This document shows, one piece after another, positions 9,724 through 19,980 of a stretch of DNA of 64,000 nucleotides (its first letter is position 1; every line of letters begins with the position of its first letter). The notes beneath the pieces were generated by a model, which saw only the letters and a list, made by a program, of their open reading frames with translations, did not search any database and was not told the DNA's origin. A program made the position numbers and the translations under genes. The stretch comes from an uncultured Actinomycetes bacterium. GTDB taxonomy: Bacteria > Actinomycetota > Thermoleophilia > RBG-16-64-13. The stretch covers positions 96,001 through 160,000 of the forward strand of contig CAVPLM010000003.1 in NCBI GenBank assembly GCA_963706025.1. The letters run 5' to 3'.

Positions 9724-10002
9724 CTACTCGCCGTATTCTCTCACCGCTTTCTCGAAATGAGAGGCCGCCTTCTGCAGATCAGCGGGGATCATCGCCGGAT
9801 AGAATTCGATGGCGGCTTCTAGCGCCAAGAAGAAGGGCTCCGCCACCTTGACCATGTCCGTCGGCTCCGAGATGTCCAGAACGACGAGGGCAGTCCGCTC
9901 CCCATCGATCGCCGTGAAATAGACGGCTTCAGGCCTAACGTCCCCAAGGAGGTTCCTACGAAAGTCGCAGCTGCGGTGAAGAGCAGTGAGCCTACCCTGC
10001 AT
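9724..10002 (-). pseudogene. N-terminally degraded small hypothetical (GYD/DUF3303-like) protein
   Basis: C-terminal part PEAVYFTAIDGERTALVVLD...AEPFFL...PAM looks like a conserved family, but the expected N-terminus is missing. Confidence 0.5.
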
Positions 10003-10078
10003 CGGGCCGCCGAGACTGGACGAGGAGAGTATGATGTGGTTACCAAAAGCATCACTCCTACGCAAGGTCGTGATCGGC

Positions 10079-10339
10079 ATGCCCCGCATCGGTCTTCGCG
10101 AACTCAAGATCCACGCCTCGGAGGTCCTGCGGGACGTGCAGGAGAATCGGGCCCGCTACATCATCACCAAGCGCGGAGAGCCGCAGGCCATCATCGTCCC
10201 CTATGCGCCCGCCGAGGAATCCGAGCCGATCGACCGTCAAACGGCATGGACCGGTCTCGTCGACGCGCTCGACGAGGTACGCAAGAACTGGACTTCCCCT
10301 CTCACGGCCGATGAGATCATCCGTGATATGAGGCGTTGA
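10079..10339 (+). CDS. Phd/YefM-family antitoxin
   Basis: IGLRELKIHASEVL...YIITKRGEPQAIIVP; overlaps the PIN gene start. Confidence 0.9.
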   Translation: MPRIGLRELKIHASEVLRDVQENRARYIITKRGEPQAIIVPYAPAEESEPIDRQTAWTGLVDALDEVRKNWTSPLTADEIIRDMRR

Positions 10340-10782
10340 CCACTGTGCCCAAACCGCTGACGATAGACGCCAGCGTGTTCGTCCGTGCTTCTACCCCGGA
10401 CGAAGGCGGATTCGAAGAGAGCCGGGCTTTCCTGCTCGCTCTCGGTCACTCCCTGCAGCCGATCATCCTCCCTACGCTGTTGAGACCCGAGGTGGCGGGC
10501 GCGGTCAGCCGAGGCCTCCGCGATTCGAGCTTGGCCGCGGCAGTCCTAGCCGAGATCGACAGACTCCCGGGAGTGATCTTCGTGCCGCTTGACGCCGCTT
10601 TGGCGGAAGAGGCAGCCAAAATCGCTATTCGCAGTCGTAGTCGCGGTGCGGACGCCGTCTACGCGGCGACCGCGTCCCGCTTCGACGCCATCTTGGTGAC
10701 GCTCGACAACGAGCAGCGAGACCGGCTGCCGTCCCAGATCATGGCTTGTTCTCCCTCCGAGGCGCTCGAGCGCTGGATCTAG
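10336..10782 (+). CDS. vapC: PIN-domain VapC-family toxin
   Basis: IDASV, EVA, GADAVY and LVTLD acidic PIN motifs. Confidence 0.9.
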   Translation: MTTVPKPLTIDASVFVRASTPDEGGFEESRAFLLALGHSLQPIILPTLLRPEVAGAVSRGLRDSSLAAAVLAEIDRLPGVIFVPLDAALAEEAAKIAIRSRSRGADAVYAATASRFDAILVTLDNEQRDRLPSQIMACSPSEALERWI

Positions 10783-10867
10783 CGCCCGTCTGAGCGTGAC
10801 CCGCCCAGCCCTCGACCGCGTCGATCGTCTCAGCGCGGACGGGCATGGAACTCAGTAGGGCCGGCCT

Positions 10868-11596
10868 CTACTTGAGCCTTCCGAAGAGCCTTCTCCTCAC
10901 CGCGGCCCGCTTGAGCCCCTGGATCCCCTCGGTGGGGTTCAGCTCTTTCGGGCAGGCCTCCACGCAGTTCATGATGGTATGGCAACGGTAGACACCGCGC
11001 TCGTTGTCAAAGCGCGGCAAGCGCTCTTTGCGGGCCTCGTCGCGAGAGTCCACCTCGAAACGGAAGGCCTTGAGCAAGGCGGCCGGGCCCAGGTAGTTCT
11101 CCTCGCCCCACGCCGAGGGGCAGCTCGAGTGGCAGCAGCCGCACAAGATGCAGTCTACCGGCATATCGATCTTCTTGCGCTCCTTGGGTGACTGGAGGAT
11201 CTCCTTCTCCGGATCGGGGGAGTTCCGGATCAGCCAGGGCATGATGTATTCGTACTTGGCGAAGAAGTCGTCCATGTCGCAGACCATGTCCTTCACCAAC
11301 GACAGGTGGGGCATGGGTGCCACTGTGACCATGTCCTCGGGGAGGTGCTTCACGTTCGTCTGGCAGGCCAGCCGATAGGCCCCGTTGATGTACATGGCGC
11401 AACTGCCGCATATGGAGGCGCGGCAGCAGTAGCGGAACGACAGGCTCCCGTCGAACTTCTCCTGGATGTAGAAGAGACCCTCAAGCACGGTGAGGTTGGC
11501 CCCCTCGTAGGTGACCGTGTACTCCTCCCAGTGGGGCTCCGGGTTCTTCTTGCTGCGAGGATCTTGGCGCTTTAGGCGAAACTTGATGTCAGGCAT
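10868..11596 (-). CDS. sdhB: Succinate dehydrogenase/fumarate reductase Fe-S subunit
   Basis: CRASICGSC, CILCGCCHSSCP and CHTIMNCVEACPK; ATG overlaps the sdhA stop. Confidence 0.95.
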   Translation of the reverse strand: MPDIKFRLKRQDPRSKKNPEPHWEEYTVTYEGANLTVLEGLFYIQEKFDGSLSFRYCCRASICGSCAMYINGAYRLACQTNVKHLPEDMVTVAPMPHLSLVKDMVCDMDDFFAKYEYIMPWLIRNSPDPEKEILQSPKERKKIDMPVDCILCGCCHSSCPSAWGEENYLGPAALLKAFRFEVDSRDEARKERLPRFDNERGVYRCHTIMNCVEACPKELNPTEGIQGLKRAAVRRRLFGRLK

Positions 11597-13305
11597 CAGT
11601 ACTTCCGCTCCTGTAGCTCGAAGGGGCCGAGGGTGACCGGCTTGAAACCCAGGCGAGGACCGGGCGCATCGGGCTGGTAGTGAGCCAGGGTGTGCTTGAG
11701 CCAGTTCACGTCGTCGCGCGTATTGTGATCCGTCCGGAAGTGGGCCCCGCGGGACTCTGTCCGGGCCAACGCCCCCAGCCCGACGGCGAGCGCCAGATCG
11801 ACCATGCCCTCCAACTCCACCGTCCGGATCATATCGATATTGAAGACGCTCCCCGTCCAACGAAGGCCTATGTTGCCGACCCGTTCCTTGATAGAGACGA
11901 GTCTCTGCAGACCCTCCTTCATGGTCGCCTCGTCCCGGAACAGTCCGTAGTGCTCTTTCATCACCTCGGTCATCTCGGTGCGCAGCGCATAGGCGTCCTC
12001 GGTGCCGGTCTTGGCTCCCAGCTCCTCGACCTTCCGCTCTATCAGTTCGACGGCCGCATATGCTGAGCGAGGGTTGGGCCGCTTGTCGGCCAGCCCCTCC
12101 AGATAACGCACCACTTCCGCTCCCGCGCGCCGTCCAAACACGATGGTCTCGAGCAAGGAGTTCCCGCCAAGACGGTTGGCTCCATGCACCGACACACACG
12201 CGCACTCGCCGGCCGCGTACAGACCGGGCATGACCGTGGTCCCGTTCACGTCGGTATCGATCCCGCCCATCCAGTAGTGCTGGCTGGGCACGACCGGTAT
12301 TGGCTCCTCGATGGGATCCACCCCTTCGAAGTGAATGGCCAGATCGCGGATACCGGGCAGGCGTTCCAAGATCTTTTCCGCTCCCAGGTGCCTGAGGTCC
12401 AGATACACGTAACCTTGACCGCCGATCCCCCGACCTTCGTTGATCTCGGTCTGGATCGACCGCGCGGTGATATCGCGCGGGGCCAACTCCATGAATTTGG
12501 GCGCGTATTTCTCCATGAAACGCTCGCCCGCGTCGTTGATCAGGTAGCCGCCCTCGCCCCGAGCTCCCTCGGTCATGAGGATGTTGGTGGTAAAAAGCCC
12601 CGTGGGGTGGAACTGGACGAACTCCATGTCCTTGAGCGGCACTCCCCCGTGGTAGGCCATGAACATGCCGCAACCCGTACTGATGATGGCGTTGGTCGAG
12701 TTGCTGTAGGTGCGACCCGCGCCCCCGGTCGCGATCACGACCGCGTTCGCAGTGAAGGCCTCAAAGCCGCCGCGGATCATGTCGTAGGCCACGACTCCCT
12801 GGCAAACGCCTTCATGTACGATCAGCTTGGCCACGTACTGTTCGACGTAGATCTTGACCTGCTGCTTGTACGCCTGCTCCACCAGCGTATGGAGTAGGTA
12901 GTGGCCGGTCTTGTCGGCTCCGTAGCAGCACCGTGGGAAACCGGCCCCGCCGAACGGCCGCTGGGCGATGCGCCCATCATCGAAGCGACTGAAAGGGCAC
13001 CCCCAGTGGTCCATCTCGTAGATGACCCTGATAGCGTCCTGGGTCATCTGCATGATGGTGTCCTGGTCGCCCAGGTAGTCACCGCCCTTGGTGGTGTCGA
13101 ATGCATGCTTCTCCCAGGTGTCGTCGGCGCCCTCGGGATGGTTGGCCAACGCGGCGTTGATACCTCCCTGGGCTGCGCCCGAGTGGCTGCGGCCCGGATG
13201 GACCTGGGAGAGGATGGCCACGTCGATCCCGGCCCTTTTGGCCTCGATCGCGGCCCTTAGACCAGACAAACCCCCGCCGACAACGATCACATCATGATGG
13301 ATCAT
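11596..13305 (-). CDS. sdhA: Succinate dehydrogenase/fumarate reductase flavoprotein
   Basis: RSHSGAAQGG, QFHPT, EGARGEGG and HGANRLGGNSL. Confidence 0.97.
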   Translation of the reverse strand: MIHHDVIVVGGGLSGLRAAIEAKRAGIDVAILSQVHPGRSHSGAAQGGINAALANHPEGADDTWEKHAFDTTKGGDYLGDQDTIMQMTQDAIRVIYEMDHWGCPFSRFDDGRIAQRPFGGAGFPRCCYGADKTGHYLLHTLVEQAYKQQVKIYVEQYVAKLIVHEGVCQGVVAYDMIRGGFEAFTANAVVIATGGAGRTYSNSTNAIISTGCGMFMAYHGGVPLKDMEFVQFHPTGLFTTNILMTEGARGEGGYLINDAGERFMEKYAPKFMELAPRDITARSIQTEINEGRGIGGQGYVYLDLRHLGAEKILERLPGIRDLAIHFEGVDPIEEPIPVVPSQHYWMGGIDTDVNGTTVMPGLYAAGECACVSVHGANRLGGNSLLETIVFGRRAGAEVVRYLEGLADKRPNPRSAYAAVELIERKVEELGAKTGTEDAYALRTEMTEVMKEHYGLFRDEATMKEGLQRLVSIKERVGNIGLRWTGSVFNIDMIRTVELEGMVDLALAVGLGALARTESRGAHFRTDHNTRDDVNWLKHTLAHYQPDAPGPRLGFKPVTLGPFELQERKY

Positions 13306-13321
13306 AGCTTGCCCACCTTAC

Positions 13322-13684
13322 CTAACTGATCCAGGGCCAGAGGGCCCAGGTTCCGTAAGCCATGAAAGCTATCCCGACCACCCAGAGGATGCCGGTGAGG
13401 GCCATGGCACGCTTGCGGGAGGTGAACCAGTAGTCCATGAGCACCATGCGAAGGCCGTTCAGCGCGTGATAGATACCGGCCGCCAGCAGGATGATGTCGA
13501 CCGCGATGAGCCCCCCGTGCGCCAGGCGCTCGGCGATGTTGTCGTAGTTCAGTTCACCGATGTTGAGTATGTGCGTGAAGATCAGGTGGATGGCCAGCAT
13601 GACGATCAGTAGCACGGCGGTGATGCGCTGGAAGAGCCAGGACCACATGCCGCCCCTGTGAGTGGAGATGGTCTCGGCTTTCAA
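13322..13684 (-). CDS. sdhD: Succinate dehydrogenase hydrophobic membrane anchor
   Basis: WLFQRITAV, HALNGLR, DY; three TM segments; operon position. Confidence 0.85.
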   Translation of the reverse strand: MKAETISTHRGGMWSWLFQRITAVLLIVMLAIHLIFTHILNIGELNYDNIAERLAHGGLIAVDIILLAAGIYHALNGLRMVLMDYWFTSRKRAMALTGILWVVGIAFMAYGTWALWPWIS

Positions 13685-14079
13685 CTGGTCACCCCCTCAC
13701 CGGTGACGATGAAGGTGAAGGCGACCCAGGCGAATACGGCGAAACAGACGACCACCACCGCCATGGCGCCCCAGAACAAGATCTTGTGCCGGTGCACCCC
13801 TATGCCGAAGTCCATCAGGATGATCCGCACCCCATTGAGAGCGTGATAGAGAACGGCCACCACCAGCGCCAGGTCCATGAGCACCAGGACCGGGTTATCG
13901 AACATCTTCATAAGGTCGTTCAGTTTGTCGAACTGCCCGGTCGAGATCACGATGATGTGTGCACCCAGATAGAAGACGAGGATGAGCCCGCTGATCCGGA
14001 ATAGAAGCCAGGCCCACATGCCGGTCGCCTTCCAGAGACCGGCCCCCACATTGGCCGTCTCTCGAGGTTTACCGCTCAA
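13681..14079 (-). CDS. sdhC: Succinate dehydrogenase cytochrome b subunit
   Basis: WAWLLFRISG and HALNGVRIILMD. Confidence 0.85.
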   Translation of the reverse strand: MSGKPRETANVGAGLWKATGMWAWLLFRISGLILVFYLGAHIIVISTGQFDKLNDLMKMFDNPVLVLMDLALVVAVLYHALNGVRIILMDFGIGVHRHKILFWGAMAVVVVCFAVFAWVAFTFIVTGEGVTS

Positions 14080-14636
14080 GAATCCCCCTTCCTCTCGTAC
14101 TTCTTGCGACCTTCCGTGTAGAGGTCACCTCCGTACATGTCGTTGATGACCACCACTGGGAAGTCCTTCACCTCCAGCTCTCTGATGGCCTCCGGGCCCA
14201 GGTCTTCATACGCGACCACCTTGACCGAGACGACCCGTTGAGCGAGGAGGGCGCCGGCGCCGCCGGTGGCGGCTAGGTAGACGGCCTTATTGCGCTTGAG
14301 GGCCTCCTTGACGGCCTCGTTTCGGAGCCCTTTTCCAATCATGCCCTTGAGGCCTAGGTCGAGCAGCTTGGGCGAGTAGGCGTCCATCCGGCCGGAGGTG
14401 GTGGGACCGATCGAGCCGGTCACTTCGCCCGGTTTGGTAGGTGTGGGGCCGGCGAAGTAGACGATCTGCCCGCGAAGGTCGAGCGGCAAGGGTTCCCCCT
14501 TGTCGATGAGCTCCACCAGGCGCTTATGGGCGGCGTCGCGGGCCGTATAGATGGTGCCGGTGATGAGCACGCGGTCGCCGGAATGCAGGCTCTCGACGAC
14601 CTCGTCGGTGAGCGGCGGGGTGATCGGCCGATCCAT
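14076..14636 (-). CDS. Class I Fe-S fumarate hydratase beta subunit
   Basis: YTARDAAHKR, GPTTSGRMD, MIGKG and LGPEAI. Confidence 0.93.
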   Translation of the reverse strand: MDRPITPPLTDEVVESLHSGDRVLITGTIYTARDAAHKRLVELIDKGEPLPLDLRGQIVYFAGPTPTKPGEVTGSIGPTTSGRMDAYSPKLLDLGLKGMIGKGLRNEAVKEALKRNKAVYLAATGGAGALLAQRVVSVKVVAYEDLGPEAIRELEVKDFPVVVINDMYGGDLYTEGRKKYERKGDS

Positions 14637-15481
14637 CAGAGCACCGCCTCCTTGTGACGCGCCGAGTGGCACTGCATGTTCACGGCCACCGGCATGCTGG
14701 CGATGTGCGCGGGTAGTTCCTCAACGAAGACGTCGATGACGGTGATGGTGCCACCCAGACCGGCCGGTCCGATGCCGAGCGCGTTGCAGCGCCGTTCGAT
14801 CTCGTCTTCCAACTCAGCCAGTCGTGGGTCGGGATTGACGGAGCCTACCTCGCGCATCAGTGCGTGCTTGGCCATGTAGGCCGCCTTCTCGAACGTCCCT
14901 CCAAGACCCACCCCCGCGATGACGGGCGGGCAGGGGTTGGGGCCGGCCTTGCTCACCGTGTCGACGACGAAATCGATGGCGCCTTGCCGTCCCTGGGAGG
15001 GCTTGAGCATGCCCAGTGCGCTCATGTTCTCGGCCCCGCCCCCTTTGGGTGCCACGATCACCCGCACCTTGTCCCCGGGAACGACGCGCGTGTGCAGCAT
15101 GGCCGGCGTGTTGTCGCCGGTGTTCTTACGGGCGCCTATCGGGTCGGCGACGGCCGACTTGCGCAGATAGCCCTCTGCATAGCCTTTTCGCACCCCTTCG
15201 TCAACCGCCTCTTCCAGGCTGCCGCCCACCAGGTGCACGTCTTGGCCTATCTCGAGGAACACCACGGCCAGCCCGGTGTCCTGACAGAGAGGCCTGCCGG
15301 TATCCTTGGCCAGTTCGGCATTCTCGAGGAGTTGCCGGAAGATGTCTCTTCCCGTCTCGGATTCTTCCCGTTCGGCCGCTCGCTCGAAGAACGCCATCAC
15401 GTCCTCGCCCAGATAGCTGCAGCTCTTCACAGCCAATCTAGCGACCGCCTCAGTGATCTGGGCGACGTCCAACTCCCTCAC
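14636..15481 (-). CDS. Class I Fe-S fumarate hydratase alpha subunit
   Basis: PLCQDTG, KGGGAEN, NPCPP and CHSAR. Confidence 0.93.
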   Translation of the reverse strand: MRELDVAQITEAVARLAVKSCSYLGEDVMAFFERAAEREESETGRDIFRQLLENAELAKDTGRPLCQDTGLAVVFLEIGQDVHLVGGSLEEAVDEGVRKGYAEGYLRKSAVADPIGARKNTGDNTPAMLHTRVVPGDKVRVIVAPKGGGAENMSALGMLKPSQGRQGAIDFVVDTVSKAGPNPCPPVIAGVGLGGTFEKAAYMAKHALMREVGSVNPDPRLAELEDEIERRCNALGIGPAGLGGTITVIDVFVEELPAHIASMPVAVNMQCHSARHKEAVL

Positions 15482-15674
15482 AACATCCCTCCTCGACTCG
15501 GGTACGCGCCCCCCGGCATTCCCCGCTGGCCACTGTACACTTTTTCGTGATCCACCGGAAGTCGGCCCCGGCCGAGACGCCCCGGGTGGGTGCCGTCCCG
15601 GGGCGTATGGCGACTGTTCCCGGGCTCCGCTACACTAGGTGCCGCTACGCGGCGACCAGACGACAAGGGACACT

Positions 15675-16646
15675 ATGCGCATACTCTCAGGTACACAGCC
15701 CTCGGGCCGGCCTCACCTGGGCAACTACTACGGGGCGATCCGCCAGTACATCTCGCTCCAGGCCGGCAATGAGCCCTTCTATTTCATCGCCAGCTACCAC
15801 GCGCTGACGGCGGTACAGGAACCGGAGCTTCTGAAGGAATACACCTTAGGTGTGGCTCTGGACTTCTTGGCCCTCGGCCTCGACCCGGACCAGGCCACTC
15901 TCTTCGCCCAGCAGGACGTCCCGGAAGTCACCGAACTAACGTGGATCCTCTCCTGTGTCACCCCCATGGGCCTGCTGGAGCGGGCCGTCAGCTACAAGGA
16001 CAAGATCGCGCAGGGGCTCGCGCCCAACCACGGCCTCTTCGCTTATCCCGTGCTCCAGGCGGCCGACATCCTCATATACCTTTCCGACCTGGTCCCGGTC
16101 GGCCAGGATCAGAGGCAGCACATCGAGATGACCCGCGACATAGCCGGCAAGTTCAACCAGCAGTTCGGGGAGGTCTTCACCATCCCCGACCCGTACATCC
16201 TCGACGACACTGCTGTGGTCCCGGGCACCGATGGTCGCAAGATGTCCAAGAGCTACGGCAACGAGATCGGCATCTTCGACGAAGGAAAGACCCTCAAGAA
16301 GAAGATCATGTCCATCGTCACCGACTCTGCTCCGGTCGAAGCTCCCAAGGATCCGGAGCGGTCCACTCCCTTCTTGCTCCTGCGCCTTGTCGCCTCCGCT
16401 GAGGAGACCGCCGAGTGGGAGGCTCGCTACAAGGCCGGCGGGATGGGCTACGGCGAGGTGAAGAAGCGCCTGGTGGAACTGATAGACGAGAGCTTCGCCC
16501 CGTTCCGCGAGCGCCGCCGCGAGCTGGAGAGCGACCTGGACTACGTTATGGATGTGCTGGGAGACGGGGGCCGGCGGGCCCGGGCCGTGGCCCAGGAGGT
16601 CATGCATAGGGTGAGGGAGGCCACGGGTCTAACCACCACATACTGA
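15675..16646 (+). CDS. trpS: Tryptophan--tRNA ligase
   Basis: HLGN, YPVLQAADIL, VPVGQDQ and KMSKS. Confidence 0.97.
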   Translation: MRILSGTQPSGRPHLGNYYGAIRQYISLQAGNEPFYFIASYHALTAVQEPELLKEYTLGVALDFLALGLDPDQATLFAQQDVPEVTELTWILSCVTPMGLLERAVSYKDKIAQGLAPNHGLFAYPVLQAADILIYLSDLVPVGQDQRQHIEMTRDIAGKFNQQFGEVFTIPDPYILDDTAVVPGTDGRKMSKSYGNEIGIFDEGKTLKKKIMSIVTDSAPVEAPKDPERSTPFLLLRLVASAEETAEWEARYKAGGMGYGEVKKRLVELIDESFAPFRERRRELESDLDYVMDVLGDGGRRARAVAQEVMHRVREATGLTTTY

Positions 16647-16671
16647 ATACGGAAGACATCGAGCCCCAAGC

Positions 16672-16832
16672 CTAATAGCTCGTTTCAGAATGACGTTTCG
16701 CCGACAGGGTGCGATCGGCGCGAGTGAGGCAAGGCGGCGACCGGGCGCTACGGGCGCGACTGAAGGACAGATGGACCGCTCCGCCCAGCGTGGACGAGGC
16801 GGCCGAGACTTCATTCTGAAACGAGTTCTAAG
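16672..16832. mobile_element. MITE-like palindromic element, copy 1
   Basis: Terminal inverted repeats CTCGTTTCAGAATGA / TCATTCTGAAACGAG; homologous to 56740-56910. Confidence 0.7.
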
Positions 16833-16841
16833 GAGGCCGAC

Positions 16842-17183
16842 ATGACGAACGACCAGATCGACAAGCCGGACTGCGACCAGCCCTGGGTGGGCGACCTGAA
16901 CGATCTCGTGCAGTTCGCCGACCGCGGAATCGTCAGCAAGACACTGGTGGACTGCCCCAAGGTCAAGATCGTGCTGTTCGGCATGAAGACCGGCCAAACG
17001 ATCTCCGGCCATTCAGCGGGTATGCCGGCCACGATTCACGTGTTGAGCGGCGCGGGCACCATCCAGTTGGGCGATGAAGAGTACGAGGGCAAGCCGGGGT
17101 CCATCTACTACATGCCGGCCGGGCTGTATCACGCCCTTACTTCCACCGACGATCTGGTGTTCCTGCTCGATCTCTTTCGGTAG
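16842..17183 (+). CDS. Cupin-domain protein
   Basis: IVSKTL, GQTISGHSA and MPAGLYHAL; SD AAGGAGG. Confidence 0.88.
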   Translation: MTNDQIDKPDCDQPWVGDLNDLVQFADRGIVSKTLVDCPKVKIVLFGMKTGQTISGHSAGMPATIHVLSGAGTIQLGDEEYEGKPGSIYYMPAGLYHALTSTDDLVFLLDLFR

Positions 17184-17198
17184 GCGAGACCGTCGCCG

Positions 17199-17894
17199 TC
17201 AGCTGGTGGTCGTAGTCTCCCCCACCGCTTGGGGACTCACCCGAACGGTCCCCCGATACCATGGCGGGTTGTACAGCAGCAACGGCTCGTACCCGGCGGG
17301 GCCCTTGAACGTCAGCAACAGATCGAGCGAGGCGTTCTTGAGCAGACTACGTGGAAGCGGCCCTGAGAGCGTCGGTTCGATGCTCACCACCGTATCCCCG
17401 ATCGCACACGCGAAGTCGTTCGGATCGACCCGGATGGGATCCGTTTCCCGGTTCTCCACGCGCACATAGGCCTGATAGAAGGATTCACCGGCCGCAGGAG
17501 CCGTGGGTGTCTGCTCGCTAACGCGCTGGGCAGGCACTGCCGGCTGGAAAGTAGCCTGTAGGGCCCGAACGGTCACGAGCGCAGACCCCACCTCGAGAGC
17601 ATCACCCACTTCCCCTTCGATGTCCCCCGACTGCGCTCCTTCCCCCGTGGTGGAAGAGGACGTAGTCTCGCCATCAGCCCCGTTCTCGTCCCCATCGCAA
17701 CCGGAGGCCACCGGGAGGCACACAAGACCGACCAACAACAGAAGCAGCGCCGAGATCCTGCGCCGCCGCGAGCTGCCTGTCCGCGAGCCGTGCGTCCCTG
17801 GGCCATGGGCCTCCGAGCCCCTCGAGTCTACCCCGGCTGGGGTCACAGAACCTGCGGGGGCTGAAGTCATAGATGTCAAGACGTGTCCGGACAC
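17199..17894 (-). CDS. Lipoprotein, DUF4352-like (start uncertain)
   Basis: Arg-rich plus hydrophobic signal with lipobox VASGC; beta-rich domain with VRVEN...VDPNDF. Confidence 0.65.
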   Translation of the reverse strand: MSGHVLTSMTSAPAGSVTPAGVDSRGSEAHGPGTHGSRTGSSRRRRISALLLLLVGLVCLPVASGCDGDENGADGETTSSSTTGEGAQSGDIEGEVGDALEVGSALVTVRALQATFQPAVPAQRVSEQTPTAPAAGESFYQAYVRVENRETDPIRVDPNDFACAIGDTVVSIEPTLSGPLPRSLLKNASLDLLLTFKGPAGYEPLLLYNPPWYRGTVRVSPQAVGETTTTS

Positions 17895-17901
17895 GGCCCT
17901 A

Positions 17902-18903
17902 TCATACGCGCAGGACTTGAGGGTTGACCATGTGTGGGACTGTGTCCCCGCGGATGGCTGCTATGGCGTTGCGGGCAGCCAGCTCGGCCATCCGCCCCCT
18001 GGTCTCCACGGTGGCGCTGCCCAGATGGGGGAGGAGCACGACGTTGTCGAGCTCCGCCAGACCCTCGGTCAGTTCCGGCTCGCGCTCGTAGACGTCGAGA
18101 CCGGCTCCGCCCAGGTGGCCGGTCTTTCAGAGACTGCACAAGGGCGACCTCATCGATCACGGGTCCACGGGAGGTGTTGACCAGGTACGATCCCGGCCGC
18201 ATCGCGCGCCAGCTCCCGAGCCCCGATGAGATGGTGCGTCTCCTTGCTCAAAGGTAGGTGCAGACTCACTATGTCCGCCTCCCTCAGGAGTTCTTCCAGG
18301 CTCGGGCGGTACTCCCACCGTGCGCCGGGCGGCAGGGACGCCGGGGCCAGCGGGCCACTCGCTCTCGTGTAGAGCACCCGCATGTCAAAGCCCAGAGACC
18401 GGCGGGCGACGGCCTGTCCGATGCGACCCATGCCCACGATGCCCAGTGTGGCGCCGGCGACCGCGCGCCCCAGCAGCATGAACGGGCTCCACCTTTCGAA
18501 ACGCCCATCCCTGACCATGAGATCACCTTCGACCACCCGCCGGACGGTGCTCAGGATGAGGGCCCAGGTCAGATCGGCGGTCGCGTCGGTGAGCACACCG
18601 GGGGTATTGGTGACCAGGATCCCGCGCCTCGAGGCGGCGCCGACATCCACGTTGTCGATAGCCCACCGCCATGTTGGAGATCACCCGCAGTCGTGGACCT
18701 GCCGCTGCCATGACCTCCTCGTCTATGGTCTCCGAGAGCAGGCACAGCAGCGCGTCTGCGCCGCGTATTCCCCGCAGCAGCTCTTCCCGGGTGGGCGGAC
18801 GATCCTCGCCACCCCCGGTGACCTCGAACGCTTCGTGGACCAGCGTGAAACCCGGCTCCGGGATGCGTCGGGTCAGAAACAATCGCGGCCTAGAGGAATC
18901 CAT
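17902..18903 (-). CDS. D-glycerate/glyoxylate reductase (2-hydroxyacid dehydrogenase), multiply frameshifted
   Basis: [31 protein letters not shown] and VNTSRG spread over several frames. Confidence 0.85.
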
Positions 18904-18928
18904 GGCCGGTCCAGTATATCCTTAGCGC

Positions 18929-19844
18929 ATGCTTGGACGGATCCAGTGGGCACGTGCTCGTGGACCGACCCCACCATGGTGCGGGCCTGGTACCCGGCGG
19001 GCGTCCGCACCGCGGCAGACCGCCTTCGCTACTACGCGGCCCAGTTCGACACCGTGGAGGTCGATTCCACGCTTCTACGGCCTCCCCACGTCGGCCACGT
19101 CCCGCCTGTGGGCCGAGCGGACCCCGCCCGGGTTCGTGTTCCACGTCAAGGCTTTCGGCATGCTGACCAGACATGGGGTGCGGCCGGAGGGACTCCCGGC
19201 TCCGGTGCGCGCCGAGCACGACTTCGAACTCGATCGTTACGGCCGCATCCTGCACCCGTCGGCGGAGCTGCGCGCGCAGGTCTTTTCGCTCTTTTCCGAA
19301 GCCCTCCAGCCACTACGGGACCAAGGACAAGCTGGGGCTCATCCTTCTCCAGTTCCCGCCGTACTTCGTGGCCAACCAGAGCAATCGAGACTACATCGCC
19401 CGATGCGCGGCTCTGCTGCCTGCCCGACAGGGTGGCGGTAGAGTTCAGACATGCGTCCTGGGTGGAACCGGCGGAACTGGACGACCACACTCGATCTGCT
19501 CACTTCCCTCGGTCTCACCTATGTCTGTGTCGACGAACCTCGCCTGCCGGGCCCGACGGTCCTGCCCCCGCTCACCGCCGTGACCGCCGACACGTCGTAT
19601 GTGCGCTTCCACGGCCGCAACGCCGCCACCTGGAACGCCCGGGTGGGCTCTGCGGCCGAGCGCTTCAAGTACTTCTACTCAGCCCGAGGAACTGGCCGAA
19701 TGGGTGGAGCCCGTTCGCCATCTGCAGGAGCAGGCCCAGGCCACCTATCTCATGTTCAACAACTGCTTCGCCGACTACGCCCCGCGTAATGCCCAGCAGA
19801 TGATGTCCCTGCTCGACCCTGGCCGAGCCGACGGGTCTCAGTGA
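18929..19844 (+). CDS. DUF72 family protein, multiply frameshifted
   Basis: GTCSW, FDTVEVDS, LLQFPP, VEFRHASW, YVRFHGRN and FNNC in different frames. Confidence 0.85.
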
Positions 19845-19980
19845 AAGGGGTGGCGCCCCGCCAGGGGCCCCGGCCGACGACGCCCGAAACGCCGCGACCC
19901 CGGCCGACGACGCCTCGATAAGAGACGATCGTCCTTGACCCAAGCTCCGCCTATCTCCCGACGGCCCGGGTCGCCCTCGA

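Noticed and set aside
19868-19914. 17-bp direct repeat with 30-bp period, as a CRISPR remnant
   Set aside because: Only two units, too short, and no cas genes
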